NCBI GenBank assembly: GCA_900322165.1
Contig: ONYR01000005.1
Location: 1 to 25,144 of the forward strand
DNA from: an uncultured Eubacteriales bacterium
Lineage (GTDB): Bacteria > Bacillota > Clostridia > Lachnospirales > Bianqueaceae
DNA length: 25,144 bases
Direction of reading: 5' to 3'
The translations under genes were made by a program, and so were the position numbers. The first letter of the stretch is position 1; every line of letters starts with the position of its first letter. The notes under the pieces were generated by a model. That model saw only the letters and a list, made by a program, of their open reading frames with translations, did no database searches and was not told the origin of the DNA. Positions 24,659 to 25,144 of this stretch are shown here, piece by piece.

Positions 24659-25144
24659 TTATTCTTCTGTGTCCGCGGACTCCGCCGTTTCGTTTTCCGC
24701 TTCGGCTTTTTCCTTAGCCTTGGCTGCTTCTTCCGCTTTCTTTTCAGCTTCAAGCTTGGCCTTGGGGATTCGTCCGTACATCTTGGTGTTGTCGCGAATG
24801 ATCTCGGCGAGCCAGTCGTTGATGCAGCCGCCGTCGATCCTCCACTGCCAGTTGCTTCCGACCGTGGCCGGCTCGTTGATGCGGGCATCGCTGGAAAGGC
24901 CCATGAAGTCCTGCATCATCAGCACACAGGTATCCGCTACGGACATCATGGCCGCGCGCATCATGGTCCAGTTGAAGCCTTCGTCATGGTTCGCGTGGAG
25001 ATATTTCTTGGCAAATTCAACGTCTGCCTTGGCAGCGGTCTGCGTCCAGCCGATGATCGTATCGTTATCGTGCGTGCCGGTATAGGCGACACAGTTCCTG
25101 GTAAAGTTGTGCGGGAGATAATCGCTCTCCTCGCGGCTGTCAAA
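24659..25144 (-). CDS. malQ: 4-alpha-glucanotransferase (GH77 amylomaltase), 3' part, truncated by window edge
   Basis: Frame is open to the window end: FDSREESDYLPHN, VAYTGTHDNDT, MQDFMGL, ARINEPAT, NWQWR. Confidence 0.93.
   Translation of the reverse strand, partial: FDSREESDYLPHNFTRNCVAYTGTHDNDTIIGWTQTAAKADVEFAKKYLHANHDEGFNWTMMRAAMMSVADTCVLMMQDFMGLSSDARINEPATVGSNWQWRIDGGCINDWLAEIIRDNTKMYGRIPKAKLEAEKKAEEAAKAKEKAEAENETAESADTEE

Overview
Mostly core chromosome of a GC-rich (about 55% by eye) Clostridia genome; the gene order resembles Lachnospirales. It holds, in order: the 3' part of a XerC-like tyrosine recombinase; a minus-strand TIGR03960-TIGR03936-RNase E/G operon; the cell-elongation cluster (DUF4321-radC-mreBCD-pbp2-rodA-mgsA, without maf or minCDE) headed by an orphan rnfC-rnfD pair; a cytoplasmic C39-like peptidase; a small P-loop protein; an mrnC-rlmB-sigH-rluA string preceded by a tandem GNAT gene; a divergent anmK plus serine hydrolase operon; a PPi-type phosphofructokinase; tRNA-Thr(CGT); and the 3' end of malQ. 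There is no CRISPR array, prophage or intact transposase. The strongest candidate for new biology is the RnfC/RnfD pair: both ORFs are intact and coupled, but rnfGEAB is absent here and the flavin/NADH motifs appear lost while all eight Fe-S cysteines are kept. Other leads are an MgsA with a degenerate active site, a GNAT-AnmK-AmiE-like recycling module that may control sigH, an 18-bp-period palindrome array, and a small PfkB-like gene scar. All family calls come from motif recognition, not database searches.
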